The notes below the pieces were generated by a model. It was not told where the DNA came from. It did not search any database and worked only from the letters and a program-made list of their open reading frames with translations. From positions 90,148,001-90,212,000 of the forward strand of contig OX597824.1 in the NCBI GenBank assembly GCA_951406725.2: a DNA stretch of 64,000 bases, in the 5' to 3' direction. The stretch is from Octopus vulgaris (Eukaryota). A program made the translations under genes and the position numbers. Shown one piece after another: positions 25,464 to 39,768 of the stretch (within the stretch, counting starts at the first letter, position 1; every line of letters begins with the position of its first letter).

Positions 25464-28288
25464 TAGATATAATCAGTTTAAATATTAAAGGGTTAAATCT
25501 GGTCGGTAACTCTACCAAGGCCTACATTTTTTTCATTTTATTATTATGGAAGGAGGTTTTTTTTTTCTAGTTTCATCTTATCAAAATTGGTTTATGTTCC
25601 TCTTAAAATTCCCATTTTATGGATTAGAATAAAAATTTACCCCACAGAGTTGTTTTGTGGCTCTATTCTTCCCCAACCAATGTTTTCTAGAATTTTTTAG
25701 GTTTTTAACAAAAGAACTCTTTGTTCCATTCTGGTTTGTGATTCTACTTAAATTGTTATAGTTTCAAATGGAATATCATAAAACACCATCAAGTTCCGTT
25801 GTAGTTTTAAAAATATTAAACAAGCATGTACATACACCAGGGGTGGGGGATTGGGGGGTCCAAAATATTGTTTTTTTTGTTTGTTGTTTTTTTTTTGTTT
25901 TATGCTTTTTGAAGATAAATTATTTTTTCTTTCTGTTTAAGTGTTTGTTTTATTTTTAAATTTTAATTTCAAATTTTAATTCTTCTTTGTCAAGACATAA
26001 TTTTCATGGACATCTCTTCTTTCTCTCTCTCTCTCGTCTTTCTACAATATTAATTATAATATTATTTTTTATTCTTTTGCCAGTTCAGTCATTGGACTGC
26101 AGCCTTGAAGGCAGAGCCTCAGATCTTATCGTATTAATCTCTGTTTGGTTGAATCAGTAAGTAACAAGACATGAAACGAAAACAGCATAAACTACATCAG
26201 TTTTTAGGCCATAAACATTAAGATGGACTCACAGACACACACACATGCATACACGTGTCATTATCAATCATCGTTTAACGCCCGCTTTCCATGCTGGCAT
26301 GGGTTGGACGATTTTGACTGAGGGCTGGCGAACTAGATGGCTGCACCAGGCCCCAATCTTGATCTGGCAGAGTTTCTACAGTTGGATGCCCTGCCTAACG
26401 CCAACCACTCTGAGAGTGTAGTGGGTGCTTTTTAAGTGCCACCGGCACAGGGGCCGGTCAAGGCGGTAGTGGCAATGATCTCGAGACAATTGGAGCCTGG
26501 ACCAGCTCCTGCCAAACTGTCCAACCCATACCTGCATGGAAGACAGACATTAAACGATGATGATGATGATGTTTTTATAAATGTGGAGCTGAAATAAACA
26601 TCAGAGATGCGTTACCCCACACAGAAACTACAGGGGCTATTCAGAGGTTTTGCAAGCTCGGACACCCTTCCCTATCATCAGCAGGTATCTCAGGGTCCAC
26701 AATAGGCTTCCACACAGTTTCTTAAATTCCACTCATAAGATATTAGCCTCCTTCAAGATTATTTTACTCAAGGCTCCACATGTTGGGACTGAAACCCAAA
26801 TAGATTGATTACAAAGTGATTGTCTTAATCACTTAACCATATTTGCACCAATAAAATAAGATTTAAAAAACTGACAATCCATCAGTTACGAGGGCGAGGG
26901 TTCCAGTTGATCCAATCACTGGTACAGCTGGCTCATGAAATTAACAAGCGAGTGGCTGAGTACTCCACAGACACGTGTGCAGTTAATATAGTTTACAGAG
27001 AGATTCAGAATGACAGAATGTGACATTACAGGTAGAACTCATTTTTTATCAGCTGAGTGGACTGGAACAGTGTGTGGTGAAATGTCTTGCTCAAGGACAC
27101 AACGCACTGCTAGGAATCAATGTTCCATGCTCACCTGGGTCAGATGGAATTTGTTGAGGTGAATTTTCTATTGTTGGATGCTCTTCCTGTCACCAAACCT
27201 CACTTTTTCCCCCCCATGACTAGTCCTGTCATGGAAGATTAGAAGCAAAGGACACCACTTGATAGAAGGTGGCACTTGTTTACGACTACCATTTGAGGTC
27301 AAAGCTAGGAGACAGTCACACACACATCTTATAACAGTGTTACTATAGATGCTTTAAAAAAAGTACTTTAAAGTAGCAGTTAAATACTGGGGGGTGATTT
27401 CTTACATTTCATTCCAAATCTGGAATTTTACATGTTTTTATGTTAATTCTAATTAATTCAAATTCTGAGGTTGTCTCCCCTACGGTTTTTTACCAGAATT
27501 AACCATGGAGATTAATAAGGATATGATTTTCAAATAATTCAACATTCTTAGCCCCTTCCCTGGAGTATGTTAACAGCACTTTACTGTCTCTAGTAATGTT
27601 GTGACGCATTTCATTGTCCTTTGGTCAACAAGACACATTATTTATTTTGAGAATGCAAGGCTAATTAAGAAATTATCATCATCATTATTGAAAATTGTTG
27701 TCATAAATGAGTGTGATGAAGAAAAATTCTTGATAGTTTTACTTCAGGTTTGCTTCTTATTTGAGTTCAAATCCTGCCGAGGCCTACTACCCTTTGTCCC
27801 TCCAGGGTTCATAAAATAGAATAGCAGTGGGATATTAGGGTTGTTGGCATCAACTAAACTCTTTCCCTCTAATCTGCTGGCTTTCTACCTAGGAAACAAT
27901 TATTATTATTATCTGATTGATTTGCATTTTGTTTCATCTTCTGACCAGATCTCAATATATTTTATATTAGATGAAGAGAAACTGTCTGAGAATGTGGGCA
28001 GTGGATGTCATGACAATATTTTGAGTCCCATAGATTGATGATTTCCCAGGGATCTGGTCAAAAATATTTGTCACTACCTTTCTTCATCAAATTATTATTA
28101 TTAATTATAATTAAGCAGAATCATTGGAACATTGGAAAAAATTCCTTGCAGAATTTGTTCCTGCTTTTTATATTCTGAGTTCAAATCCTGCCTACGTCAA
28201 CTTTGCCTTTCATCCTTTTAGGGGTCACCGGGGGTCAATGTAATCAATAATCTTCTTCACCAAAATTTCCGTCCTTGTGCCTATAGTA

Positions 28289-28454
28289 CAGGGGTTGTGA
28301 CGTCTTGGCAGTGGGGGTCATGTAACCTTGCTAGAAGTGGCTTGGGATAATATTAATTAATTAAAATGTAAATTAAGCAGCTGATAGTAGGGGGTCACAT
28401 GGGTTTCAAGCTTTTGGGTAAGGGGTTGCAAGTGCAAAAACGTTGGGACTGCTG
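28289..28454. mobile_element. hAT-type MITE inserted in a SINE
   Basis: CAG...CTG termini with perfect 8-bp TSD ctatagta (28281-28288 and 28455-28462). Confidence 0.8.
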
Positions 28455-30000
28455 CTATAGTAGAAAGGATCATTATTACCTCCCCCTTAGTGAAGGCAGA
28501 GGTATTGTTTTCAGTCGCATTTGTTTGTCCATGGACAAGCTCAAGAACTGTTTGATGGATTTGGATGAAACTTTCAGGGATATTTGACCTTATGACTGAC
28601 ACGAACTGATTAAACTTAGAGATTGATCCGGTACTGCACAAGGATTATGGATTATTTTTCCTGTTCTTTTACTTAATTTTTGAGATCGGCCAGGTTCATT
28701 TTTAGTATCCTCGTTTGTGAGAACAGTTAAGTTTATTTCAGATATTCTCATTTTAAAAATCATCTCTGGATAATCGTTGAGAGGACGTTGGTGTTGCCTT
28801 GGCGGAGGTTTGCGCTCTCTGAGTGCTCATTATTATTATTATTAATGCAATCCGCTGACAGCATTATTAGTATATTGGACAAAATTTTTACATTCTGAGA
28901 TTGAATTTCCAGTGAGGTCAACTTTGCCTTTCATCCTTTTCGGGGTTGATTAGATAAGTACCAGTCATGTACTGCAGTTGATGTAATCAACATCCCCTAC
29001 CCTCAAAAACTACTGGCCCGGTGCCAAAATTTGAAACCATTATTATTATTATCTTTTCTTGTAAGGCAGCAGAATCGTTAGCATGCCAGGCAAAATGTTT
29101 AGCGCTATTTCATTTACAGCTACGTTCTGAGTTCAAATTCTACCAAGGTTGACTTCACCTTTCAACCTTTCGCATTTGATAAATCAAGTGCCAGTGAAAC
29201 ACTGGGGGTCGATGTAATCGACTTGTCCCCCACCAAAATTTCAGGCCCTGTGACTTTAGTAGAAAGGATTATTATTAATTCTTGTAATTCACCATATATG
29301 CATGTATCGAGTGATGAATTTCCATTCCGTGTAGGTAGTGTTGTGTTTGCATTGCTTTGCTTTACCCAAATCTAATTCTTGTTTCATGGGCATGAGGAAT
29401 ATCATGCTTGGTTTAGAGATATTCTGCAATCGTTGCCATCATCTCTACCTTCCATTATCACAAATGCTTCACTGTTTAACTTACCTTTATATTACTACAT
29501 ACCTGTAATACGAACCTGCTTCTACCAGATTTTTTTCTTATAAATCAGCATTGGAGGGAAGGGATTATGCAATTGTCTTTGCATCACCACACATGTGTGT
29601 ATGTGCATGTATATATATATTCAAATACATATAGACATATACAAACATTACCTCTGAAATTCCCTGTCTACAAAACGGGTAGGTTATACCCTAAAATGCG
29701 GCTGTGAACCCCTTGTGTGAGGAGGGGGGATAATTTAATTAAGAAAAGCAACATCATTAGAAATATACAAACAAAAAGCCCCAAAAAACTAGAAATTAAT
29801 AATATGTACATTGGAACTCAGGATTTTCCAGAAAAGTCTCTCTCTCTCTCTTTCATACATACACACATATATACACACGCATACATTTGTCATATTCTCA
29901 TCTCTCTTTTAACAAACCATGCAATTTTATTGTAAAAACTAGTTTACCGGAAACAAAATGAAAAAATGCAACAACAGATATATAATATATAAATAAATAA

Positions 30001-30336
30001 ATGGAGTTTAACGCACGTATAATTCAAATACTTTTACTTTCGGCATATTCTTTCAAAGATATCACTGATATTATTCCAAAGGAATAAAATGGTGTAAAAC
30101 AATGTAATCTTCTCTTCAGGGAACTGAAGAAATGAAACTCATCAATAAGACATTTTAACAGAAAATGATGAATATGTATAGTGATTAACTGAATGCTATT
30201 AATATTGTTTCAAAAAACGTTATATGATATAACGTCAGAAGTAGCCTATAGTAATTATTTGGAATAATACCAGTGAAATCTTCGAAACATGTGTCGGAAG
30301 TAAAAGTATTTGAATTATACCTGCGTTAAACTCCAT
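30001..30336. repeat. Inverted repeat (~80-bp arms) overlapping a hammerhead-like motif
   Basis: atggagtttaacgca.gtataattcaaatacttttactt ... aagtaaaagtatttgaattatac.tgcgttaaactccat. Confidence 0.85.
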
Positions 30337-31919
30337 ATATATATATATATATATATATACATACATATATATGTGTGTGTGTGCGTGTGTGTATATTTAT
30401 ATATCTATATATGTATGTATGAGATTATATGTATTGGTGTAATCATTAGATTGAACAAGGTCATCCATATATAGGACACTCCAGTGGGTGCATTGCTTGG
30501 AAAGCTTGTTTTCTTTTTAAATACATTATTTTCTTATACAAATACATTTCTGTGTGTGCATACATATATATATGTATGTATGTATACATACAAATGTACA
30601 GAGAATCTTATAATGATGGAACACATTCTAAATGCTATTAACAAGAACTTGGACATGCATCGGCAAGTAACCAAGATCTTGTATATAACAAATAGAATAT
30701 GACTAGTCAGTATGAGACTTTGTGTGTATGTGTGTGTCCGTCCATCCATGGCTTGGTAGTTAAGTGAGACTATAAAATCTCTTTGAAAAGTAGGAAAACT
30801 AATTATTTTCATTATCATTTGAAATTGTAATTAATCCTATATAAAAACATTTTGTATATATACATGTGTGTTTATGTGTATATATAACAGAACAGACCTT
30901 GTGCTCAGAGTCTGACGATTGCTTGGAGACACGAGGTGTGTTATAAAAACCAGTCTAGACATGTGTCTTCACAGCAAAATACTATCAGTAGCTTGTATCT
31001 TTATACTGTGTACCTTAAATAATGTGTGTGTGTGTATATGTATACTCATGCAACAGTGTTTATAACACTAATATATTTTTTCTTGAGGCAAAGTATAATG
31101 TAATTCATAAATATTGTAGAGTAGTATACTTTTTTTTGTATATTTATTTTCTCTTTCATTTGATGTTTGACTATCATTTCGTTCCTCTGTAGACTGTTTA
31201 CCGTTTTGTAGCTCCAAGCGGTCTTCAGACAGGATGCATAAATTCGGTACAAACCTCTGCATTATCGCTGTAATGGAATAATAGTCAACCTTAATATAAC
31301 AAACTTTCTCATCTATATCTAGTGTATGTATGTCATCATCATGTATACAAATATATATATATATACACACGCACACACACACATAGATACACATATATAC
31401 AAATGTATATATATACATGTATAAATATATAATATACATACATGTATGTATGTATATATGTAAGTATATATACACATACACATATATGTAAGTATACATA
31501 CACATACACATATATGTATATATGTAAGTATACATATACATATATATGTAAGTATATATATATATATACATATGTATATATGTAAGTGTATACATATATA
31601 TACATACATATAAAAATATACATACACACACATATGTACATATATACATAAATATATATATATACATATAAATACATACATATATATATATATATATACA
31701 TACGTACACAATACATATATATATATACACACACACACATATATATATATATAAAAGGAGGTGTTGTACATACATACACATATAAACTCTCAATACACAT
31801 GTGAACATGTATGAAAATACAATTTCCATTATGAATCCTACCCACACCTCATTTCACTAGTAACGATAAGAATTAATTAATTGATTAACTCATTTCCACC
31901 AGTCTCTTTCACTTCAATC

Positions 31920-32630
31920 AATGCCTCTTGCCTGCCATCTTATTTCTCATTCCTGCCTCATTCGCTACCGATTCCAATTACGACCATCCTGCCAGAACCA
32001 TTCCCCTGCGAGTCCCCCTCCACTCTCCCCACTGCCTTGTCTACATCCACCTAAGTTCCACTCAACTTGATATATTATGTCCATTACCTATTACTAGACA
32101 AACTCACTTACCTCTAGGCCTTACTCCAAATTCAGCATTTACCAAGTTCCACTCCACCAGTTTATTATGTCTTACTCAACTCGAAGCAAACTGGTCTAAA
32201 CTCCACTCCACGCCATTTAATTCTTCCTCTTTTGCCAAACTGTATTCTGCTCAAAGTGAAACCCTCATGTAACCCTATTTCAATCTTAGCCCTTTTCCAC
32301 CTCATCCAACTCCATTCCATCTTCTACAGACACCAACTTAAGTGCTACTCCACTCCAAGTTCAGCTCTGATCCACCTCAACTTCAATAGTAGCCAAACTT
32401 GACTTTATTCTGCTCTAAGTCAAGTTTAACTACACTCCAACAAGCCTGGCCCTATTCCACCTCACCTCATCTCATCTCCGACTAATCTCCACTCCACACT
32501 TTCAAGTGTCACTCTATCCCATCCATTTCCATGACATCTATCAACCACCCAACTTTTTCCACCCCAGTTCTAATTGCATTCTACCAATGAGTCTCACTCA
32601 ATACTTTTCTCCCAGTCCAACTCCACTCTA
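31920..32630 (+). repeat. Degenerate pyrimidine-rich (ACTCC-like) low-complexity tract
   Basis: Recurrent ctccact/ttccact/ctcaact motifs with strong C-over-G skew. Confidence 0.6.
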
Positions 32631-33941
32631 GTTGTTGTTAAATGTAAAATTTGAAAAAAAAAATAAAATAAATAAATAAATGAAAACATCCAGAAATTTT
32701 TATTTTTTTAATTCTTATCTAACAAATTCCGTCTCACATTACACTCCTCTTTCTCCTATCCATCTGCATCATCATCATCACAACTGTCTTTTCTTTTATT
32801 ATTATTATTAAGGTGGCAAGCTGGCAGAATCATTAGCACGCTGGGCGAAATGCTTAGTAGTATTTCATCTGTCTTTATGTTCTGAGTTCAAATTCCACTG
32901 ACATCAGCTTTGCCTTTCATCCTTTCGGGGGTCGATAAAATAAGTACCAGTTGCGTACTGGGGAGGAAGGAGTCGATCTAATCGACTGCCACCTCCTCAC
33001 AAAATTTCAGGTCTTGCGCCTAGAGTAGAAAATATTATTATTATTAAGACAGTGTGCTGGTAGAACTGTTAGCATGCTGGATGAAATGCTTAGTGGTATT
33101 TCACCAATCGCTATGTCCTGAGTTCAAATTCTGCAGAGGTTAACTTTACCTTTCGTCCTTCCGAGAGCATTAAGATAAGTACACTGGGGCCGATGTAATC
33201 GACTCATCCCCCACCTCCCCCAAATTAGGCTTCTAAAAACTAGGAAGGAGAAAGCTAATTCGAAGACTACAGATCCAATCCATCACTGGAACTGTAAAAA
33301 TCTGTAAAACTTTCCAGAAGTTTATCATTTAAATATATATGAGAATGTCTAGAGATGCAATTATATGCATGAGAATACATACATAAAACAAAACATACAA
33401 GTCTGCACATATACATACATACAAAAATACCCTGTTGTTGATGTTGAAATTCCAAAGAAGGAGCCTTGACTCTAGGTTAGAAACCGGTTCTTTTTCTATT
33501 GGCAAGAAATCTTGAGCTAAAACTGAAGAATGACATACATAGATACATATATAAATACATACATACATACATACACACATGCATGTATATGACAAGCTTT
33601 AACACAGTTTTGTCTACTGAACTCTCACAAGTTATCGGTCAGCTTAGAATTATAGTAGAAGTCTCTTGTCCAAGGTGCTGCGTGATGGGATTGAACTGCA
33701 AGCCATGTGATTGCAAAGCTTCTTAACCACAAACAGCATACTAAAATGAAAAAGTAAAAACTAATCTGCAAAAGAAACACAGTCGATGTATCATTAGTCA
33801 TCATCGTTTAACGTCAGCTTTCCATGCTAGCATGGGTTGGACGATTTGACTGAGGCCTGGTGAACCAGACTCCAATCTGATCTGGTAGAGTTTCTACAGC
33901 TGGATGCCCTTCCTAACGCCAACCACTCCAAGATTTGTAGT

Positions 33942-34620
33942 GGGTGCTTTTATGCGCCACCGGCACGAGGGCCAGTTTGGTGGTACCGGCAACAGCCACG
34001 TCCAAATGGTGCTTTTTATGTGCCACCGGCACTAGGGCCAGTTTGGTGGGACCGGCAACAGCCACGTCCAAATGGTGCTTTTTATGTGCCATCGGCACGA
34101 GGGCCAGTTTGGTGGTACCGGCAACAGCCACGTCCAAATGGTGCTTTTTATGTGCCACCGGCACGAGGGCCAGTTTGGTGGTACCGGCAACAGCCACGTC
34201 CAAATAGTGCTTTTTATGTGCCACCGGCACGAGGGCCAGTTTGGTGGTACCGGCAACAGCCACGTCCAAATGGTGCTTTTTATGTGCCACCGGCACGAGG
34301 GCCAGTTTGGTGGTACTGGCAACGGCCACGTCCAAATGGTGCTTTTTATGTGCCACCGGCACAAGGGGCAGTTTGGTGGTACTGGCAACGGCCACGTCCA
34401 AATGGTGCTTTTATGTGCCACTGGCACGAGAGCCAGTTTGGTGGTACTGGCAACGGCCACGTCCAAATGGTGCTTTTTATGTGCCACTGGCACGAGGGCC
34501 AGTTTGGTGGTACTGGCAACAGTCACGTCCAAATGGTGCTTTTTATGTGCCACCGGCACGAGGGCCAGTTTGGTGGTACCGGCAACAGCCACGTCCAAAT
34601 GGTGCTTTTTATGTGCCACC
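33942..34620. repeat. 66-bp minisatellite, about 10 copies, inside a SINE-like element
   Basis: Unit tggtgctttttatgtgccaccggcacgagggccagtttggtggtaccggcaacagccacgtccaaa; explains the 22-aa periodic ORFs. Confidence 0.95.
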
Positions 34621-36564
34621 TGCACAGGACCCAGTCCAGCGGCAGTGGCGATGACCTCGCTCAAATGTTTCACATGCCACCAGCACAAGTATTTACAATT
34701 TTTAATTAGAGTTTCAATTAAAGCTATCAGCTACTTAATATACTGTTTACAAATCAACAGGAGAGCATATACGTGACTGCTCAACCTGCTAGAAATGGCA
34801 GCCAAATTTCCTTCTAAACACACTCTACTGCCTTTAGTGAAAAAAAAAAAAGTTCCATTATACTGAAGAATAGTAGGTGCATGGCTTAATAGATATACTG
34901 TTGGGCTCGTGATCATAATGTCGAGGTTTCAATTACTGGACCAGGCAGAGCATTGTCTCTTTGGTCAAGAAACTTCAATTTGTTGCTGTCCACTCAGCTG
35001 AAAGTATGTGTATCTTTTGCAGAATTAGCACATTTTGGAATATTGCAAAATACAAGATCTCATTGGTTGCCGGTAACTAGGCCCGCTGGACGATGGTACT
35101 GAAGTAGACCCACATTCTATAGCAACAAACCCCTGACATTATAGGAAAAAAAAAAGGAGATAAAACACATCACAAGATATACCAGAGTGGGATTGAACCC
35201 AGGACCTAACCATTACAAAACAAACTTATTATTATTCAGTCATCCATTCTTACTGTTGCTGGCAGAATAGTTAGAGAGTCAGACAAAATTTCTTCTGGCT
35301 CTCTACATTCTGAGTTCAAATCCCACCAAGGTAATGTTGTTGGGTAATACCCCTTCCCTTTAAATTGATGGCATTGTGCCAAAATTTAAGATTATTATTA
35401 TTATTATTGTTGTTGAAGGCAGCAAGCTGGCAGAATTGTTAGCACACTGGACAAGATGCTAAGTGACATTTTGCCCATCATTAAGTTCTGAGTTCAAATT
35501 CTGCTGAGATCAACTTTGCCCTTTGTGGAGTTTTTTTGGGGGGGGGGGTGATCAATAAAATAAGTACCAGTTGGATACTGGGGTTACTATAATCAACTAG
35601 GATCACCCACCCCTCTCCCAAAACATCAGGCTTTGTGCCAAGAGTTTGAAACCATTGTTACTATTAGGGATGGACAAAATGTTTTTAGGTTCAAATCCTA
35701 GTGAGATTGACCATGTCGTTTAATCTTTCCAGGATCGGTAAAATATGCACGAGTCAAACTCTGACCATGATTTAAAAGAAAAAAACAAAGAGTACCTTTC
35801 CCAAATGTATGGCCTTCTTTTCAGGTAAGAAATCACCATAAAGGCAGTGAATTAGCAGAATTGGTAATCTATCAGTCAAAATGTCTTTTACAGACAATAT
35901 TTTATATTCTGTGTTAAAATCCAAACAAGTTAACCCTTTCATTACAGTATTTCTTTTGAGATGCTCTGTGTTTCTTTCAATTAATTTTAAATATAACAAA
36001 GAATTTAGTAAAATAACTTAGTTATCATTAAGCTAGGGCTGGTCCCGTTTGAATTACTGATACAATTCATTTTTGCCAGCTGAGTGGATCGGAGCAAAGT
36101 GAAATAAAGTGTCTTGCTCAAGGACATAACATGCAGTCAGGAATCGAACTCAGACCCTCATGGTCTTGAATAGAATGCTCAAACCACTTACCTATACACC
36201 TTCACTACTCATCCTTGAAACCAACACCATCTCAACTTCATACACCCCCACCACATGCCCTTCAGTTGCCATTCCTTCATTAGTAATACATATCTATAAT
36301 AAATACACACACTCACCAACGTGCATACATGTCTGTTTCTGTGTTAATGCTTTCCTCTTTATAAAATCAATTCCATATATACATACATATGTGTATGTAT
36401 ATAGGAGTGGCTGTGTGGTAAGTAGCTTGCTTACGAACCACATAGTTCTGGGCTCAGTCCCACTGCGTGGCACCTTGGGCAAGTGTCTTCTACTATAGCC
36501 TCGGGCTGACCAAAGCCTTGTCAGTGGATTTGGCAGATGGAAACTGAAAGAAGCCCGTCACATA

Positions 36565-36631
<67 letters not shown>

Positions 36632-37150
36632 ATGTATGTATATATGTGTGTATATATTTATGTGTCTGTGTTTGTCTCCCCACCATTGCTTGACAACCGA
36701 TGTCGGTGTGTTTACATCCCCATAACTTAGCAGTTCAGCAAAAGAGACTGATAGAATAAGTACTAGGCTTATGAAGAATAAGTCCTGGGGTCGATTTGTT
36801 CAACTAAAGGGAGTGCTCAAGCATGGCCATAGTGAAAAGAATAAAAGACTATATATACATATATGAACATAATGAAGAACTTAATTTCAAAACCAGATAC
36901 AGGCATCGGAATGACTTTTGATTGGAAGACTAAGACTCGCCTCCTGTCTCCATGGCATCCATCCCAGTTTGACTGCAAAACATTTCACGTGCATGAAGCC
37001 AGCAGCTTGTGTTTTAATGGTTAACATGAAATCAACCACATATGCACTTATTCCGGTTTTGAAAATAAGCTCTTCATCTACGTATATGCATATATACATA
37101 TATATATACATACATACATACATATATATATACAAACTTTTTTTTATTTT

Positions 37151-37300
37151 TTAAACTACAAAAACATCACAAAGAAACTGCTACTCAGAGTATCATGTTC
37201 CCGTTTGTCAGGGGTTACAGAATCTGTATTACGACTGCCCAACAAACAGGAACATGATACTCTGAGTAGCAGCTTTTTTGTGATGCTTTTGGAGCTTTAA
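37151..37300. repeat. Inverted repeat (~60-bp arms) with decayed hammerhead-like motif
   Basis: ctgctactcagagtatcatgttcc.gtttgt ... acaaac.ggaacatgatactctgagtagcag. Confidence 0.85.
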
Positions 37301-37679
37301 TAAAGAAACCATATTACTCTGCCTTCAGTATTCGAGTACTATTTTTTTCCACACTGTTTTGCCTTTATGTACTTATTCATATATATATATATATATATAT
37401 ATACACAGGCATATGCATAGAAAGAGATAAACAGGTATACGATATTGAGACTCCGTAGCTATTTGTTAAAATTAAATTTTAATATACAAGCAGTTAATAT
37501 TTCATTGGTAACAGTCTGCATGTGTATATATATACATACATACAGTCACATGGACACTTGTACAGCCAACAGTACAATTCAATATATATAACGTAAAAGA
37601 ATATATAACTATATGTGTGCATATGTGTGTGTGTATATATATATATATATATAACTAGAAATGAGGCCTGTATGGCTTC

Positions 37680-37710
<31 letters not shown>

Positions 37711-38576
37711 CACACACACATTACACTTGTGTTGTTATAGAAAGAAATGCATACAAATGATTGAATGATGGTATGTATACATAGAAAATCCAAGAGTGTA
37801 GACATTTATCCATGCATTTATGTATAGGTGTAATGACATATATATAGATATTGAATTATACACCTGTATTGATATGAATGATAATACGACGAATCTACAT
37901 ACATTCATCAGCCTCATATGCATATATATATATATATACACACACACACATACATACATACACAGATTCACACTTATTTCTATATACACACAAGTATCTG
38001 AATAAGCATTAAGCTTTAATTATATATATGTGTGTATGTGTTATATATTGTATTTTAATGTATATGAGGAACCCCCTAATTTGGGGGGGGTTAAAATTTA
38101 GAAAAAACAGTTTTGTAAGGGATTGTAATACTATCCAAGTATAAGAAACTCCCACTTTTTGAACCTAATTGTTGACAGAAAAAGAGTCCCTTACACACAT
38201 TAAAATACGGTATATACATACATATGTACACACACAAGTGTCTATGTATGGGTTTGAGAGTTTGTGACTCTATAGATATATTTATGTATGTATGTATTTA
38301 CTCAAACATATATATATATATACACAGAGGAGGTTTATGCGTACTTATAAACACATCCATACTGCTATAACCATAATATATATGTATGCATCTAACTCAT
38401 GACAGCATGGAATATGGATGTTAAATGACAATGATGACGATGACAATATAAGTACATGTATGTGTGTGTATATGTATGTATATATATATATATAATATTT
38501 ATCTATTTTCTGCTGTTATCATTTCCACTCAATTTGTTTCCACAAATTTTAAAACACACATACATACATACATAAA

Positions 38577-38618
<42 letters not shown>

Positions 38619-39768
38619 CTTAATATTTATCTAACGTTGCTCATTCAGTCATGCCATCACTATTTCTTTCCCCCCTCACGCTCTTTCCCTGCCCCGCTGC
38701 CCCTCCGTGAACTTTGCTCCTCTCCTCCCTTACTTAAATAACCTTGCGCTAATTGAAAAGAATTTAAAAAAAAAAAAAGAAATTTAAATTAAATAATTAT
38801 AATTATGGATTAAGAGACACAAAACAAAAAAAAAGATAAAGAAATAAAAAAACTAATTCCTCTACTTTTGTTTTGTTGTTGCTTTTTTGTATTTCTTTTT
38901 GGTTTTTTACTGATATTGTTATTTAGCCCCGAGATGCCCTGATCAGGCAGATGCGTTAGTGTAACTGTATCCTCAACCTGTATATACAAATATATATATA
39001 TATATATAGGCACAGGAGTGGCTGTGTGGTAAGTAGCTTGCTTACCAACCACATGGTTCTGGGTTCAGTCCCACCACATGGCACCTTGGGAAAGTAACTT
39101 CTTCTATAGCCTTGGGCTGACCAAAGCCTTGTGAGTGGATTTGGTAGACAGAAACTGAAAGAAGCCCGTCATATCTATATATATATATATATAAATGTAT
39201 ATATATTTGTGTGTGTGTGTGTATGTATATGTTTGTCCCCACCAACATCGCTTGAAAACCGATGTTGGTCTGTTTACGTCTCCGTCACCTAGTGGTTCGG
39301 CAAGAGAGACCAATAGAATAGGTACTAGGCTTACAAAGAATAAGTCCTGGGGTCGATTTGCTCAACTAAAGGCGGTGCTCCAGCATGGCCACAGTCAAAT
39401 GACTGAAACAAATAGAAGAATATATCTTTTACTCTTATTCTTTTGTTTCAGCCATTTGACTGTGGCCATGCTGGAGCACCGCCTTTAGTCGAACAAATTG
39501 ACCCCTGGACTTATTCTTAGTAAGCCTAGTACCTATTCCATTGGTCTCTTAAGCCAAACAGTTTTGTCAAGCAATGGTGGGTAGACAAATAAACATACAA
39601 ACACACACACATATATATATATACATACGATAGGCTTCTTTCAGTTTCCGTCTACCAAATCCCCTCACAAAGCTTTGGTCGGCTCAAGGCTATAGTAGAA
39701 GACACTTGCCCAAGGTGCCACGCAGTAGGACTGAACCCAGAACCACGTGGTTGAGAAGTAAGCTACTT

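Noticed and set aside
31928-32272. 114-aa ORF in the pyrimidine-rich tract
   Set aside because: Low-complexity sequence with no domain resemblance or splice context.
33913-34776. Long ORFs of 137-234 aa on both strands
   Set aside because: By-product of a stop-poor 66-bp unit; no splice or domain evidence.
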